This document shows, piece by piece, positions 1 to 9,337 of a stretch of 64,000 nt of DNA. The translations under genes were made by a program, and so were the position numbers. A model generated the notes under the pieces. That model made no database searches. It was not told the DNA's origin and saw only the letters and a program-made list of their open reading frames with translations. The stretch lies in assembly GCA_002897655.1 (NCBI GenBank), contig BDTJ01000038.1, positions 66,689 through 130,688 on the forward strand. Direction: 5' to 3'. Numbering within the stretch: the stretch's first letter is position 1; each line of letters opens with the position of its first letter. This DNA is from an archaeon BMS3Abin17 (GTDB lineage: Archaea; Nanobdellota; Nanobdellia; Pacearchaeales; GW2011-AR1).

Positions 1-184
1 TAGGACATTTTGTTCTTGCCTTTAAATTTGACAAAAAAGAGAATATTATTTATTTTGTAGACTTTGACCATCATGACAATATTTACAAGAAGAAATATTT
101 ATGATTAATACTCAAAATTTCACACACAAATATCAGAAAGGAAGAACCCACTAGTTTTTTAAGCATAGTTTTTTTAAGTAAGAT

Positions 185-1411
185 ATGGATAAAGAGGCGC
201 AGAAATATAAATATTTGACAAAGAAAAATATAGATAAGTGTTTGAGATATATAGATAAATATTGGAAAAAAGTTATAGTAATACATCAGGAAGAAAAAAA
301 GATAAGGCTTCCAAAAACTTTTAATAAACCAAGAGAGGGCAAAATAATACCTGTGCCTTACCCCTTCATATCCCCAAACCACATTATATTTAAGGGTTTG
401 ATGTTTTACTGGGACTCTTACTTTTCTGTTGCAGGATTTCTTGCTGAAAAAAGATATGATTTTGCCAAAAATATTGCAGAAAACTGTTTTTCATTAATAG
501 AGAGATTTGGCTTTGTACCTTATATTAATCGTACTGACCATCTAACAAGATCACAGCCACCTTTCCTAAGCTCCCTTGTTAAGAATATCTATATCTGCTC
601 TAAAGATAAAGGATGGCTGAAAAAATCAAAGGGTTTTATAGAAAAAGAATACAAATACTGGACTACAGAGGCACACCTCACTAAAACAGGTTTAAGCAAA
701 TATCATGATAAATCCGGAAAAAATGCAGGAGCAGAACTGGAATCAGGATGGGATTTCACTCCAAGATTCTTAAATAAGGCAAATAATTTCTGCCCAATTG
801 ATTTAAACTCCCAGTTATATAAATATGAATTAGATTTGTCAGAGTTTTGCAAAATTATTGGGAATAAAAAAGAATCTGCAAAATGGGTTAAAAAAGCAAA
901 GCAAAGAAAAGACCTTATAAACAGATATTTGTGGAATCCTGAAGATGGAATGTTTTATGATTATGATTTTAAGCATAAAAAACAAAGTTATGTAAGAAGT
1001 GTTGCCGCTTATGTTGCATTATGGGCAAGACTTGCAACCAAACAACAAGCTAAATCCCTTGTAAAAAATCTTAAAGCATTTGAATTTTCCGGAGGCTTAT
1101 CTTGCTGCCCTCAAACTTACGGATCCATAAAAAAACAATGGGGCTACCCTAATGGATGGGCCCCCGGCCAATTGCTTGCAATAAGGGGATTAAGGAAGTA
1201 TGGATATTATAAGTCTGCAGAAAGAATAGCAAAAAAATGGCTTGATTTAAATATTGAGCTATTTTTAAAGACAAAGAAAATGTGGGAAAAATATGATGTT
1301 GTTGACAGGAAGATTGGAAATGATGGAGTTTACAAGACCCAATCTGGTTTTGGATGGACAAATGCTGTTTTTCTCGCACTCGTAAAACATGAATTAAAGA
1401 AGATGAAATAA
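185..1411 (+). CDS. Trehalase-like glycoside hydrolase (GH37-like)
   Basis: 408 aa; motifs FYWDSYF and QWGYPNGWAPGQ resemble trehalase family signatures; adjacent to TreT-like gene. Confidence 0.55.
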   Translation: MDKEAQKYKYLTKKNIDKCLRYIDKYWKKVIVIHQEEKKIRLPKTFNKPREGKIIPVPYPFISPNHIIFKGLMFYWDSYFSVAGFLAEKRYDFAKNIAENCFSLIERFGFVPYINRTDHLTRSQPPFLSSLVKNIYICSKDKGWLKKSKGFIEKEYKYWTTEAHLTKTGLSKYHDKSGKNAGAELESGWDFTPRFLNKANNFCPIDLNSQLYKYELDLSEFCKIIGNKKESAKWVKKAKQRKDLINRYLWNPEDGMFYDYDFKHKKQSYVRSVAAYVALWARLATKQQAKSLVKNLKAFEFSGGLSCCPQTYGSIKKQWGYPNGWAPGQLLAIRGLRKYGYYKSAERIAKKWLDLNIELFLKTKKMWEKYDVVDRKIGNDGVYKTQSGFGWTNAVFLALVKHELKKMK

Positions 1412-1451
1412 TTCTATTTCTATTGGCAGAGGCACACAAACCTTATTAGAG

Positions 1452-1646
1452 TTATTTATTTTTAAGAGTTAAATTTTCAAGTTTATTTTGTTTTTGAGAT
1501 TTGTCAGACTTTTTATACTTCTTATATAAACCACAAATTATCTTATATCCCCCGCGAGCAGCATAACTCCCTTGAAGAACAGCATTTGCAATAACCAAAG
1601 AGCCATAAACACCAATTCCAATATACCCCCAAATTTTATTGTCCAT
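1452..1646 (-). CDS. Small hydrophobic protein, hypothetical
   Basis: 64 aa ORF with one predicted TM segment; no recognisable domain. Confidence 0.3.
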   Translation of the reverse strand: MDNKIWGYIGIGVYGSLVIANAVLQGSYAARGGYKIICGLYKKYKKSDKSQKQNKLENLTLKNK

Positions 1647-1803
1647 ATAACTAATAACCCTCCTTATTTTTAAACTTAATTAAGAGAGGAGTAATCATGT
1701 ACGCAATTTAGTAAGATGTTTTATAGTACTAATGGCATTTTTAAGTGTCGCTGATAATTAAGATACCCTAAACTATTTAAAATAAGAAAACCTCTATCTT
1801 TCC

Positions 1804-3801
1804 ATGAGAGGTGCATGGTTAATTTTAGTATTATTTCTAGTCATTCCTATTTGTTCTGCTTCTTTGTCAGAGAACATGGAAGAAGTTAACACATACGTGG
1901 CAAAATATTCTTCTGGAGAGATAACTGCCCCTCAATTAATCGTTTATCTTGAGTATGTTAAGAACAAGATGTATGAGAACCTTGATAAAGAAGGTAGAAA
2001 AGCATTTACTGAAGATGAGATTAGAAGTGTGTTCACAGAAAGCGAGAGAAACAATGAAAAAGACTGGTATAATGCAAAATTTGAAAGAAAATTCATCACA
2101 GACGATTTTCAGGTTGTATTTAATGCACAGTCTTTTTACAGGCATGATAGGGATTATTATGAACAAAGAGAAGAAGATACCACAAACTATTATGTGATAA
2201 GTTTTGATTTAGCAAGTATTAAAGGAGGAGATAAAGAAAGCTTAGAGGAAGAAGCAGAAGATTTTATCAGTGATTTAAAAGCTTTTGTAGATACAGAATC
2301 CGGAGATTTTAAAGAATTAACAAAAAGGTTTTCCAAATTAAAATCAAAGATATTGGACTTAAATGATTGCAAGGAGTTTATGCAGAGTATAGGGATGAGT
2401 GAGTATGAGAAAGATTATGAAACTGAAAGGAGCAATTATTATTATAATATAAAGAATGTAACTGACAAAAATTGCTGGGACGATAGTTCTTGTGAGCAGG
2501 TTTGCGATGATAAAGAAAAGTGTTACACCCCGGATTGCACTCCTGAATGTCATGATGAAGAAACTTGTGAAGAAATTTGTGAAGAATTCTTTAATCAAGA
2601 AACTAACCAGACAGAACAGAATTGTACTGATGAATGCAGTATAGAAGAGATATGTGGGGGATGTGAAGGTATAGAAGAAATATGCGAAACATACACAGAT
2701 TGTCATGAAGAGTGTTCTGGTGATGAAAAATGTGACGAATTTATCAATGGGGAGATAAAATTTGAAGGAGAGTGCAAAGATGGAGGCTCTAATTTTTGGA
2801 TAAATGCATGGGGGGATGGCCTGGATTATTATAATGAATTAAATGAAGGGGAAGACTGGAATTGTGAGCCTGAAATCCAGAGATTGGTCAGTGTAAGAAA
2901 AGCAATACAAAAAGACATGGATAATGAATTCGCAATCTGGTTTTTTGAAGATTTTATGGGTGGAGATGATTATGACAAAATAATCAATGGAGAGCACGGG
3001 TTCAGAGGGGTATTAGATATCTTAATAAGAAATGAGGAAGAGATTGCAAATAATCTTCATTGCTCTGAGAACAAGGAATGGCCATCTGGTTTTGAAAAGA
3101 TTGATATAACTTATGCAAATAACAATACACATGTAGAAGTATGGGAAAAGAATATCCCTGCTGAATGGATGGAAGATACTAAACTTTATACCACTTTGTA
3201 TAAATATTCATGGATTCCTGACAGGGAATTGCTTAAAAGATTAATTGATTACAAACTCTCTGAAACAAACACTTTTGGACCGAGCGCAAAAGATATAGCA
3301 GAGATTAAGGAAGATGAAGGGCAGATGGAAGTAATTAATTCCTTAAGTGATAGATATGGTGGTTCTTTTGATGTAAAACTGGAATTAAAAGAAGAGCAAG
3401 AAGAAGGGTTTAGTATCAAAAAATATCTTCAGATTAATCCAGATGTGATAATCAAATTTTCTGATCAGATAGAAGAAAAGCCAGACATCTCTGTAGAAGT
3501 GGATTATAATACATTATACAATTTTATTAGTTATATGAGTTATGAAATGGAAGGAGACAGAATTGAAGGACCTCACTGGGTTTGGATAGAAGATAAAGAA
3601 GGACCTGGGAAATTTTTTAGCGTAGTTGGGGCAGTATCAAAAATGTGGAGAGAAGGTGTAACAATCAAGCCAAGATATGCATTACTAAAACTCTTCTTTA
3701 ATTCTAAAAACATAATTTCCTTAATTAGAGGAGTGGATTCTAATAAAGATTATGAAGGCGAAAAAGTTAAAATGAGTGGAGAATTTATAGAAGAGAGATA
3801 A
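1804..3801 (+). CDS. Secreted acidic cysteine-rich protein, hypothetical
   Basis: 665 aa; N-terminal signal-peptide-like MRGAWLILVLFLVIPICSASL; central block of repeated C-x3-C/C-x2-C spacings rich in D/E (CEQVCDDKEKCYTPDCTPECHDEETCEEICEE...); no TM anchor. Confidence 0.5.
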   Translation: MRGAWLILVLFLVIPICSASLSENMEEVNTYVAKYSSGEITAPQLIVYLEYVKNKMYENLDKEGRKAFTEDEIRSVFTESERNNEKDWYNAKFERKFITDDFQVVFNAQSFYRHDRDYYEQREEDTTNYYVISFDLASIKGGDKESLEEEAEDFISDLKAFVDTESGDFKELTKRFSKLKSKILDLNDCKEFMQSIGMSEYEKDYETERSNYYYNIKNVTDKNCWDDSSCEQVCDDKEKCYTPDCTPECHDEETCEEICEEFFNQETNQTEQNCTDECSIEEICGGCEGIEEICETYTDCHEECSGDEKCDEFINGEIKFEGECKDGGSNFWINAWGDGLDYYNELNEGEDWNCEPEIQRLVSVRKAIQKDMDNEFAIWFFEDFMGGDDYDKIINGEHGFRGVLDILIRNEEEIANNLHCSENKEWPSGFEKIDITYANNNTHVEVWEKNIPAEWMEDTKLYTTLYKYSWIPDRELLKRLIDYKLSETNTFGPSAKDIAEIKEDEGQMEVINSLSDRYGGSFDVKLELKEEQEEGFSIKKYLQINPDVIIKFSDQIEEKPDISVEVDYNTLYNFISYMSYEMEGDRIEGPHWVWIEDKEGPGKFFSVVGAVSKMWREGVTIKPRYALLKLFFNSKNIISLIRGVDSNKDYEGEKVKMSGEFIEER

Positions 3802-3802
3802 A

Positions 3803-4132
3803 ATGGAAAAAACACAAAAAACCCTAACAATACAACTTATCATGAGGATTGCAATATTTGCTATCTTCTTTCTGGGAGTGTTTATTAAAGTCCCATCTTT
3901 TTTATTATACTTAATTATCCCCCTTATTTTAGCAAATCTTATTTTAGGATTTATTAATCAAAGAAGAAGCATTATGGCAAATATCCTTTTAATTGTATTT
4001 TATCCACTTTTATTTTTACCTCTTGGTTTTGGATATATAGCAACACTTTTAGGAAGTATTGTTAGTTTCATACATGTGTTATTGTTTTATTTAAAGGCTT
4101 ACAAGCAGGATATAAAACCAAAGAAAAAATAA
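3803..4132 (+). CDS. Small integral membrane protein, hypothetical
   Basis: 109 aa, 3 predicted TM helices, starts 2 nt after previous stop. Confidence 0.4.
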   Translation: MEKTQKTLTIQLIMRIAIFAIFFLGVFIKVPSFLLYLIIPLILANLILGFINQRRSIMANILLIVFYPLLFLPLGFGYIATLLGSIVSFIHVLLFYLKAYKQDIKPKKK

Positions 4133-4233
4133 TTCTAAAATGAAGAAACCAAAAGTAGTAATATATTCAATAATTGCACTAATATGCTTATTCTTGATGT
4201 TTGCAGTTGACTGGTTGTTTATTATCCCTGCAG

Positions 4234-5571
4234 TTATTCTTTCTGTCTTGAGCCAGAAGGAGTTGATGAAGAAATAGTCTCTATAACTTTTTGGCAATTA
4301 TATAAGTCATTGAATAGTTCTAAGTAATCTTTTGCATGCCTTGTTATCAGGAAATTTTTTCTGACAATTTCTTTTCCATATTCCCCCATTCTTTTTCTTT
4401 TTACAGGATCAGAGAGGATATCAATAACATACTTTGCAGTCTTATGTATGTGCATATTTCTGTCTTCAATATTTACAGGGCTTCCATCCCCCTTTATTTT
4501 GTACCCTTTAACAAGATACCCGTTTTTCCCATGTTTAATCTGTAAGGGGATTCCTCCTACTTTTGTAGCAACTACAGGGGTTTTTTTCCATAAAGCTTCA
4601 CTTACAGTTAACGCAAAACCTTCTTTTAAGGATTTTTGCAAAACAACATCAGAAACTCTTTGCAGAGCATTTACTAATAAATCATCATGAACTCCAAACA
4701 AAATAATATCTTCACAATACTCTTCCTGCTCTGCCTTTACAACCCTTTCCATCATTTCCCCTTCTGGATCATCTGCCGCACTATTATAAGCCAGAATCAA
4801 TTTGCAATTAATTTTTTTCCTTACTTCTTTAAAAACATCTATGACTCCAATAGGATCTTTCCACTTGTCTAATCTGGAAATCTGTGAGATAATTGGTTTA
4901 TCAGTTGGAATGCAGTATTTTCTTAATATTTTCTTAAGCTCTTTTTCACTTAATTCTTTGTTTTTGTTGGTAAAAGGGTCTATAGAGGGGGGAATAACCT
5001 CATATTTCTTAGGATTTCCCTTAATAAATTCTTTTTTTGAAACAATTGTTTTATCATAATTAGCTGCAAGCCCATAAACATATTTTCCCAATATTTTATC
5101 CGGCTTGCTTGTGTCAATATGTTCTCTCCAAATCCATTTTGACCCATCTTCTTTTCTGTGTATTATGAGGTTTAATGGCTGAGGGTCATGAACAACAACT
5201 ATGTCTGAATCACAAGTATTTTCAAGGCAGTCAATTATGTGCTGGTTTAGTTCCCTTAATTTAGTATCATAAAATCCCTGATATTTCAGTATCTGAAGTT
5301 TTATATCCCCATGGGGTTGGCCCTGAAGGGCATTATGAAATGATTTTGTAGCATTGAAAAAATCTTTCTCCCCATTTAAAACAAGCCATTCTGTTTTTAT
5401 GCCAAGCCTGTTAAGCATAGGGACTAATCTTAAAAGAATTTCTGCTACCCCCCCTCCTTTATTTGTGGAGTTTATCATAATAATTCTTTTATCTTTTAAT
5501 CCTTCTGACAATTTATGAAGCTCATTAATTGCCTTCTCTCCCACAATTTCATTATAATCTCTTATTCTCAT
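4234..5571 (-). CDS. treT: Trehalose glycosyltransferring synthase TreT-like (GT4 family)
   Basis: 445 aa; N-terminus (INSTNKGGGVAEILLRLVPMLNRLGIKTEWLVLNGEKDFFNATKSFHNALQG) closely resembles Thermococcus TreT; GT-B fold C-terminal motifs. Confidence 0.6.
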   Translation of the reverse strand: MRIRDYNEIVGEKAINELHKLSEGLKDKRIIMINSTNKGGGVAEILLRLVPMLNRLGIKTEWLVLNGEKDFFNATKSFHNALQGQPHGDIKLQILKYQGFYDTKLRELNQHIIDCLENTCDSDIVVVHDPQPLNLIIHRKEDGSKWIWREHIDTSKPDKILGKYVYGLAANYDKTIVSKKEFIKGNPKKYEVIPPSIDPFTNKNKELSEKELKKILRKYCIPTDKPIISQISRLDKWKDPIGVIDVFKEVRKKINCKLILAYNSAADDPEGEMMERVVKAEQEEYCEDIILFGVHDDLLVNALQRVSDVVLQKSLKEGFALTVSEALWKKTPVVATKVGGIPLQIKHGKNGYLVKGYKIKGDGSPVNIEDRNMHIHKTAKYVIDILSDPVKRKRMGEYGKEIVRKNFLITRHAKDYLELFNDLYNCQKVIETISSSTPSGSRQKE

Positions 5572-5852
5572 TTTTTAAATATGAAAAATTTAAATCTCAG
5601 AATTCCACTCATCTATTTGACGAGTGGTCAGGCTGAAATTGCCACTCGTGGAATTCTGGCGATATTCAAGAACCAAGACTGTAGCATTACATGCCTCCAG
5701 TCTGTGACTGGTGGTTCTTGACAATTGGACTGAAATTTTAGTACCACCTTCTTTTTAAATATATCTTTTGCTTTTCTCTGCCTTTTTTTGATGGTTTTTT
5801 AAGAATACCAAATTATAAAAACTTATTTAAACAAGTTCGCACAATTTTTTAT

Positions 5853-6497
5853 ATGGAAAAGGGGATAAAAGCAGTTATTTTTGATGTTGGAGGGGTTTTG
5901 GCCCTCCAGAAAAATCCAAAAATTGTAAAACAAAGAGGAAACAAGACTTTCGGAGTCCACAAATATATCGCCAAGAAACTTGGCATAAGCATAGACCAGT
6001 GGTTTGATTCAGTTGATACTATTTATGCTCTGTCTATAGAAGGAAAAATATCTAAGAGAAAAGCTCTTAACGCTCTTTCTGAAAATGTAAAAATAAATGA
6101 AAAGAAAATGGAAAAAATTTTGTCCAATGCATATAAAAAGAATTTCACAACAAATAAGGAACTTTATAAAATAGCATTTAAATTAAAAAAACAGGGTTAT
6201 AAACTAGCACTTTTATCTGACCAATGGCACTTTTCTAAAGATATTCTAATGCCTAAAAGGCACATAAAACAGTTTAATGTATCTATTGCATCATGTAATG
6301 TTGGTATGAGAAAACCAAATCCCAAGATTTACAAACTTGCTCTTAAAAAATTAAAAACTCCTGCAAGACAAACTTTGTTTATTGATAACCAGATATGGAA
6401 TATAAAGCCAGCAAAAAAACTTGGAATAAATACAATCTTATTCAAGGATAATAAACAATTAATTAAAGATTTAAGAAAATTTGGGGTTGAGGTCTGA
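5853..6497 (+). CDS. HAD-superfamily hydrolase
   Basis: 214 aa; N-terminal DxG motif (VIFDVGGVLA) and C-terminal HAD motifs; divergent from treT. Confidence 0.6.
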   Translation: MEKGIKAVIFDVGGVLALQKNPKIVKQRGNKTFGVHKYIAKKLGISIDQWFDSVDTIYALSIEGKISKRKALNALSENVKINEKKMEKILSNAYKKNFTTNKELYKIAFKLKKQGYKLALLSDQWHFSKDILMPKRHIKQFNVSIASCNVGMRKPNPKIYKLALKKLKTPARQTLFIDNQIWNIKPAKKLGINTILFKDNKQLIKDLRKFGVEV

Positions 6498-7327
6498 TGA
6501 ATACTAAAGATTTCCTAGACAAAATAAAAATTGAATTAAAGATATCAAAAAACTCAGAATATACAATTAGGAATTACATTAACTCAAACCTGAGGTTTTT
6601 AAATTTCTCAAAAAAACAACCAGAAGATATAACAGAAGACGATATAAAATCATATCTTGCTGAGAATCTTAGTGAAAAAGCATCAACTTCAATCATTCTT
6701 TTCTTATCTGCAATAAAGTATTCATATCTTAATATTTTGAAGAGAGACCCAACTGCAGGAATTAAAAGACCTAAAAGAGAGAAAAGAATTCCAACAGTTT
6801 TAACAAAGGATGAGATAAAAAAACTCCTAAAGTCTTTTGATGCAAAAAAGTCAAAGTTAATGGTAAGTTTAATGTATGCTTGTGGAATGAGAGTATCAGA
6901 ATTATTAAATCTGGAAATTCAGAATTTTGATTTTGATGAGAAAATAGGGCATATTAGGCAAGCAAAAGGAAGAAAAGACAGGATTTTCAATATCCCTTTA
7001 TTTTTATTTGAAGATTTAAAAGATCAGGCAGATAAACAAAAGAAAGATAATCAAATTTATTTGTTTACAGGTCCGAAAGGGAAATTATCTCCAAGAAATC
7101 TTCAGAAGATTGTTTCAAAAGCAGCTAAGCGTGCAGAAATAAAGAAAGATGTACATTGTCACACTCTGCGTCATTCTTTTGCAACACATCTACTTGAAAA
7201 CAATATTGATATAAGAAAAATTCAGGAGCTTTTAGGACATGCTGACTTATCAACAACCCAGATATACACTCACATCTCAAAAGAAGAATTAAAAAAGATA
7301 AAATCCCCTTTAGATGAATTGATGTGA
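6497..7327 (+). CDS. Tyrosine recombinase/integrase, Xer-like
   Basis: 276 aa; C-terminal catalytic region HTLRHSFATHLLENNIDIRKIQELLGHADLSTTQIYTH (R..H..R..Y tetrad context). Confidence 0.8.
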   Translation: MNTKDFLDKIKIELKISKNSEYTIRNYINSNLRFLNFSKKQPEDITEDDIKSYLAENLSEKASTSIILFLSAIKYSYLNILKRDPTAGIKRPKREKRIPTVLTKDEIKKLLKSFDAKKSKLMVSLMYACGMRVSELLNLEIQNFDFDEKIGHIRQAKGRKDRIFNIPLFLFEDLKDQADKQKKDNQIYLFTGPKGKLSPRNLQKIVSKAAKRAEIKKDVHCHTLRHSFATHLLENNIDIRKIQELLGHADLSTTQIYTHISKEELKKIKSPLDELM

Positions 7328-7770
7328 ATATGGAAGACGAAATTGATAAATTAAAACAAGAAAACGAGAAACTTAAACAAGAAATAGAAGAATTAAAATC
7401 AAAAATAAGTGATAATAACAGAGGGGAAATTCAAAAAAAAGGAATGATGCAGAAGGCCTCTAAAGGAAACATCATGACAAGGCCTGCTTTTGGGTATAAA
7501 TTAGAGAATAGTAAACTAATCCCTGCAGAGAATTTTAGAGAAGTTGAAGAAATATTTGAGGAATTTCTAACAACAAATATTAGCCTGACTCAATTATCAA
7601 AGAAACATAATTTTTCGGTTAACGGATTAAAAAAGATACTGAAAAACTTTACATATATTGGAAAGATTAAATTCAATAACCAAATTCATGAAGGAAACCA
7701 TCAACCAATAATTTCATCAACTCTTTTTAATCATGTTCAGAATAAGTTAGAAAAAATAGGAATCAAATAA
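7324..7770 (+). CDS. Orphan 'Recombinase' (large-serine-recombinase DNA-binding) domain protein with N-terminal coiled coil
   Basis: 148 aa; GTG/ATG start overlapping Xer stop; region RPAFGYK...EVEEIFEEFL...HQPIISSTLFNHVQ matches the pattern of the PF07508-type recombinase domain (APYGY...EAEvVr.IF......HEPIIs.elFe.VQ) but no resolvase catalytic domain. Confidence 0.5.
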   Translation: MNMEDEIDKLKQENEKLKQEIEELKSKISDNNRGEIQKKGMMQKASKGNIMTRPAFGYKLENSKLIPAENFREVEEIFEEFLTTNISLTQLSKKHNFSVNGLKKILKNFTYIGKIKFNNQIHEGNHQPIISSTLFNHVQNKLEKIGIK

Positions 7771-7846
7771 AACTTATTCTGAATCCCCTTCAAATTCCAA
7801 AGAATGCCTACAAGAATTTGTCAGTGTTCAGAATAAGTTAGAAAAA
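7734..7846. repeat. Exact 22-nt direct repeat (tgttcagaataagttagaaaaa at 7734-7755 and 7825-7846) with a 13-bp inverted repeat arm (7771-7783) between the copies
   Basis: Read directly; first copy forms last codons of 7324..7770, second is intergenic before rps9 stop; ttcagaataagtt/aacttattctgaa can form a hairpin. Confidence 0.7.
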
Positions 7847-7860
7847 TGGCATACAATAAT

Positions 7861-8271
7861 TTATCTATAAGAAGTCTGTCTTTTACGTCTTGCTTTACTA
7901 TCTCCTGGCTTATATGTTTCTTTTCTTCTTACATCAGCAATAAGTAAAGACCAATCATAGTTATCAAAAGCTTCTTCAAGTTCTTTTGATTGAGCAAATT
8001 TATTGATTGCTCTAGCTAAAGCAAGTCTAGCAGCTTCTATTTGACTTTTTTCTCCACCACCCTTTACATTAATTTTAACATCAAAATTAATCTTACCAAG
8101 GATATTTTCAGTAATTCTTAAAGGCTCATCAATTTTTAGTTTGTCAAACATTTGAAGTGTTTTATAATCTTTATTATTAACAGTTATCTTTCCAGAACCC
8201 TCTGTTAAAACAGCTCTTGCAACAGCAGTCTTTCTCTTCCCAGAAGTTATTATTTTTTTTATTTCACTCAT
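7861..8271 (-). CDS. rps9: 30S ribosomal protein uS9
   Basis: 136 aa; GKRKTAVARA...GGG.KSQ..A..LALARA... C-terminal RRKRQTSYR; follows rpl13 as in archaeal operon. Confidence 0.9.
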   Translation of the reverse strand: MSEIKKIITSGKRKTAVARAVLTEGSGKITVNNKDYKTLQMFDKLKIDEPLRITENILGKINFDVKINVKGGGEKSQIEAARLALARAINKFAQSKELEEAFDNYDWSLLIADVRRKETYKPGDSKARRKRQTSYR

Positions 8272-8660
8272 TTTGAAAATTCCTTAACTTTTGAATATTT
8301 AATTGGCTTTCCTTTTCCTGCCTTTATTGCTTTAGAATCTTTAAATTCTTTTGGAATTTTATTATAACACCTTATTTTCTTAAAAGCAACTCTTCCTCTA
8401 CCTTTTCTATGCGTGGGAATCATCCCCCTTATTGTTCTCTTAACAATTTTCTCACTTACTCTTGAATGCTTTGGTCCTTTTTGGCTGCTTCCGACTCTAC
8501 TTCTCTTTGCCTCAAAACCTTCTTTTATATTTTTTTTATTTCCACTTATTATTATCTCTTCACAATTAATTATAGTTATTTCTTCTCCTTTTAGAGCTTC
8601 TTTTGCAACATAACTTGCTAATCTTCCTAAGATTGCTCCACTTCCATCTATTATTTTCAT
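8268..8660 (-). CDS. rpl13: 50S ribosomal protein uL13
   Basis: 130 aa; MKIIDGSGAILGRLAS... typical archaeal L13 N-terminus; operon position. Confidence 0.9.
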   Translation of the reverse strand: MKIIDGSGAILGRLASYVAKEALKGEEITIINCEEIIISGNKKNIKEGFEAKRSRVGSSQKGPKHSRVSEKIVKRTIRGMIPTHRKGRGRVAFKKIRCYNKIPKEFKDSKAIKAGKGKPIKYSKVKEFSK

Positions 8661-9025
8661 TTTAGTATTTTAACTCCTTTAGCACTTGGATTTTTTTTAA
8701 TCTCTTCAAGTATATTTAAAACTTCACATTTAGATTTTAATAGTTTTTCTCTTGCCCTTTCTGAAAAGCCTGTGGCAATAATTCTTATTTTTTTATTTAT
8801 CTCCCCCTGAGAAAGAACTTTCCCAGGAATTACAACGACCTCTCCTTCTTTTGTTTTTTTATCTATATCTTCAATATTCATATTGATTCTTTTTCTGCTA
8901 GGACCAGAGAGAATCTCAGATACCTTGAACCATTCTTTGTTTTTCTTAGCAGCAATTATAGTCTCGACTAATTCTTTGTTAGTCTTTTTCTTAAGTTGCC
9001 TTTCAATTTTTGTTTTGCTTTTCAT
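8657..9025 (-). CDS. rpl18e: 50S ribosomal protein eL18 (L18e)
   Basis: 122 aa basic protein; position upstream of rpl13 as in archaea; pattern VVVIPGKVL..G.I.KKIRIIA. Confidence 0.75.
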   Translation of the reverse strand: MKSKTKIERQLKKKTNKELVETIIAAKKNKEWFKVSEILSGPSRKRINMNIEDIDKKTKEGEVVVIPGKVLSQGEINKKIRIIATGFSERAREKLLKSKCEVLNILEEIKKNPSAKGVKILK

Positions 9026-9082
9026 CTTAAATTAAGTAGAAGTAATTAACTCCCACTAACGCGTTAACTCGCAGGTAAAAAT

Positions 9083-9337
9083 TCAAGAAAAAACAGATTT
9101 ATAAAGATATTGGTTACTACGAGCTTTTTTTAACCTTTGGTAATGGGCTTCATTAATCCTTGCGAATTTAGATTTTCTGTCTACAGGCCAATATCCCATC
9201 CAATTTTTCTCCTCTTCCTTTGTTTGAGGAGTATATGTTTTATCATGATAAATACTCATGACTGATTCATTATATTCTACTTTTTGAGGTTTAATAACTT
9301 CATTAACATCCACAACTTTAATAGTTCTTCTTTTCAT
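9083..9337 (-). CDS. Hypothetical protein
   Basis: 84 aa ORF overlapping MscS stop by 4 nt; no recognisable domain. Confidence 0.3.
   Translation of the reverse strand: MKRRTIKVVDVNEVIKPQKVEYNESVMSIYHDKTYTPQTKEEEKNWMGYWPVDRKSKFARINEAHYQRLKKARSNQYLYKSVFS

Noticed and set aside
83-382. 99-aa minus-strand ORF
   Set aside because: Entirely antisense to the trehalase-like gene and low-complexity (F/I/L/Y rich), as expected for AT-rich antisense frames. No independent support.
5572-5852. Possible small ncRNA in the treT/HAD divergent intergenic region
   Set aside because: The palindromes are more simply interpreted as promoter or operator elements for the divergent genes. No box C/D or H/ACA signatures were recognisable.
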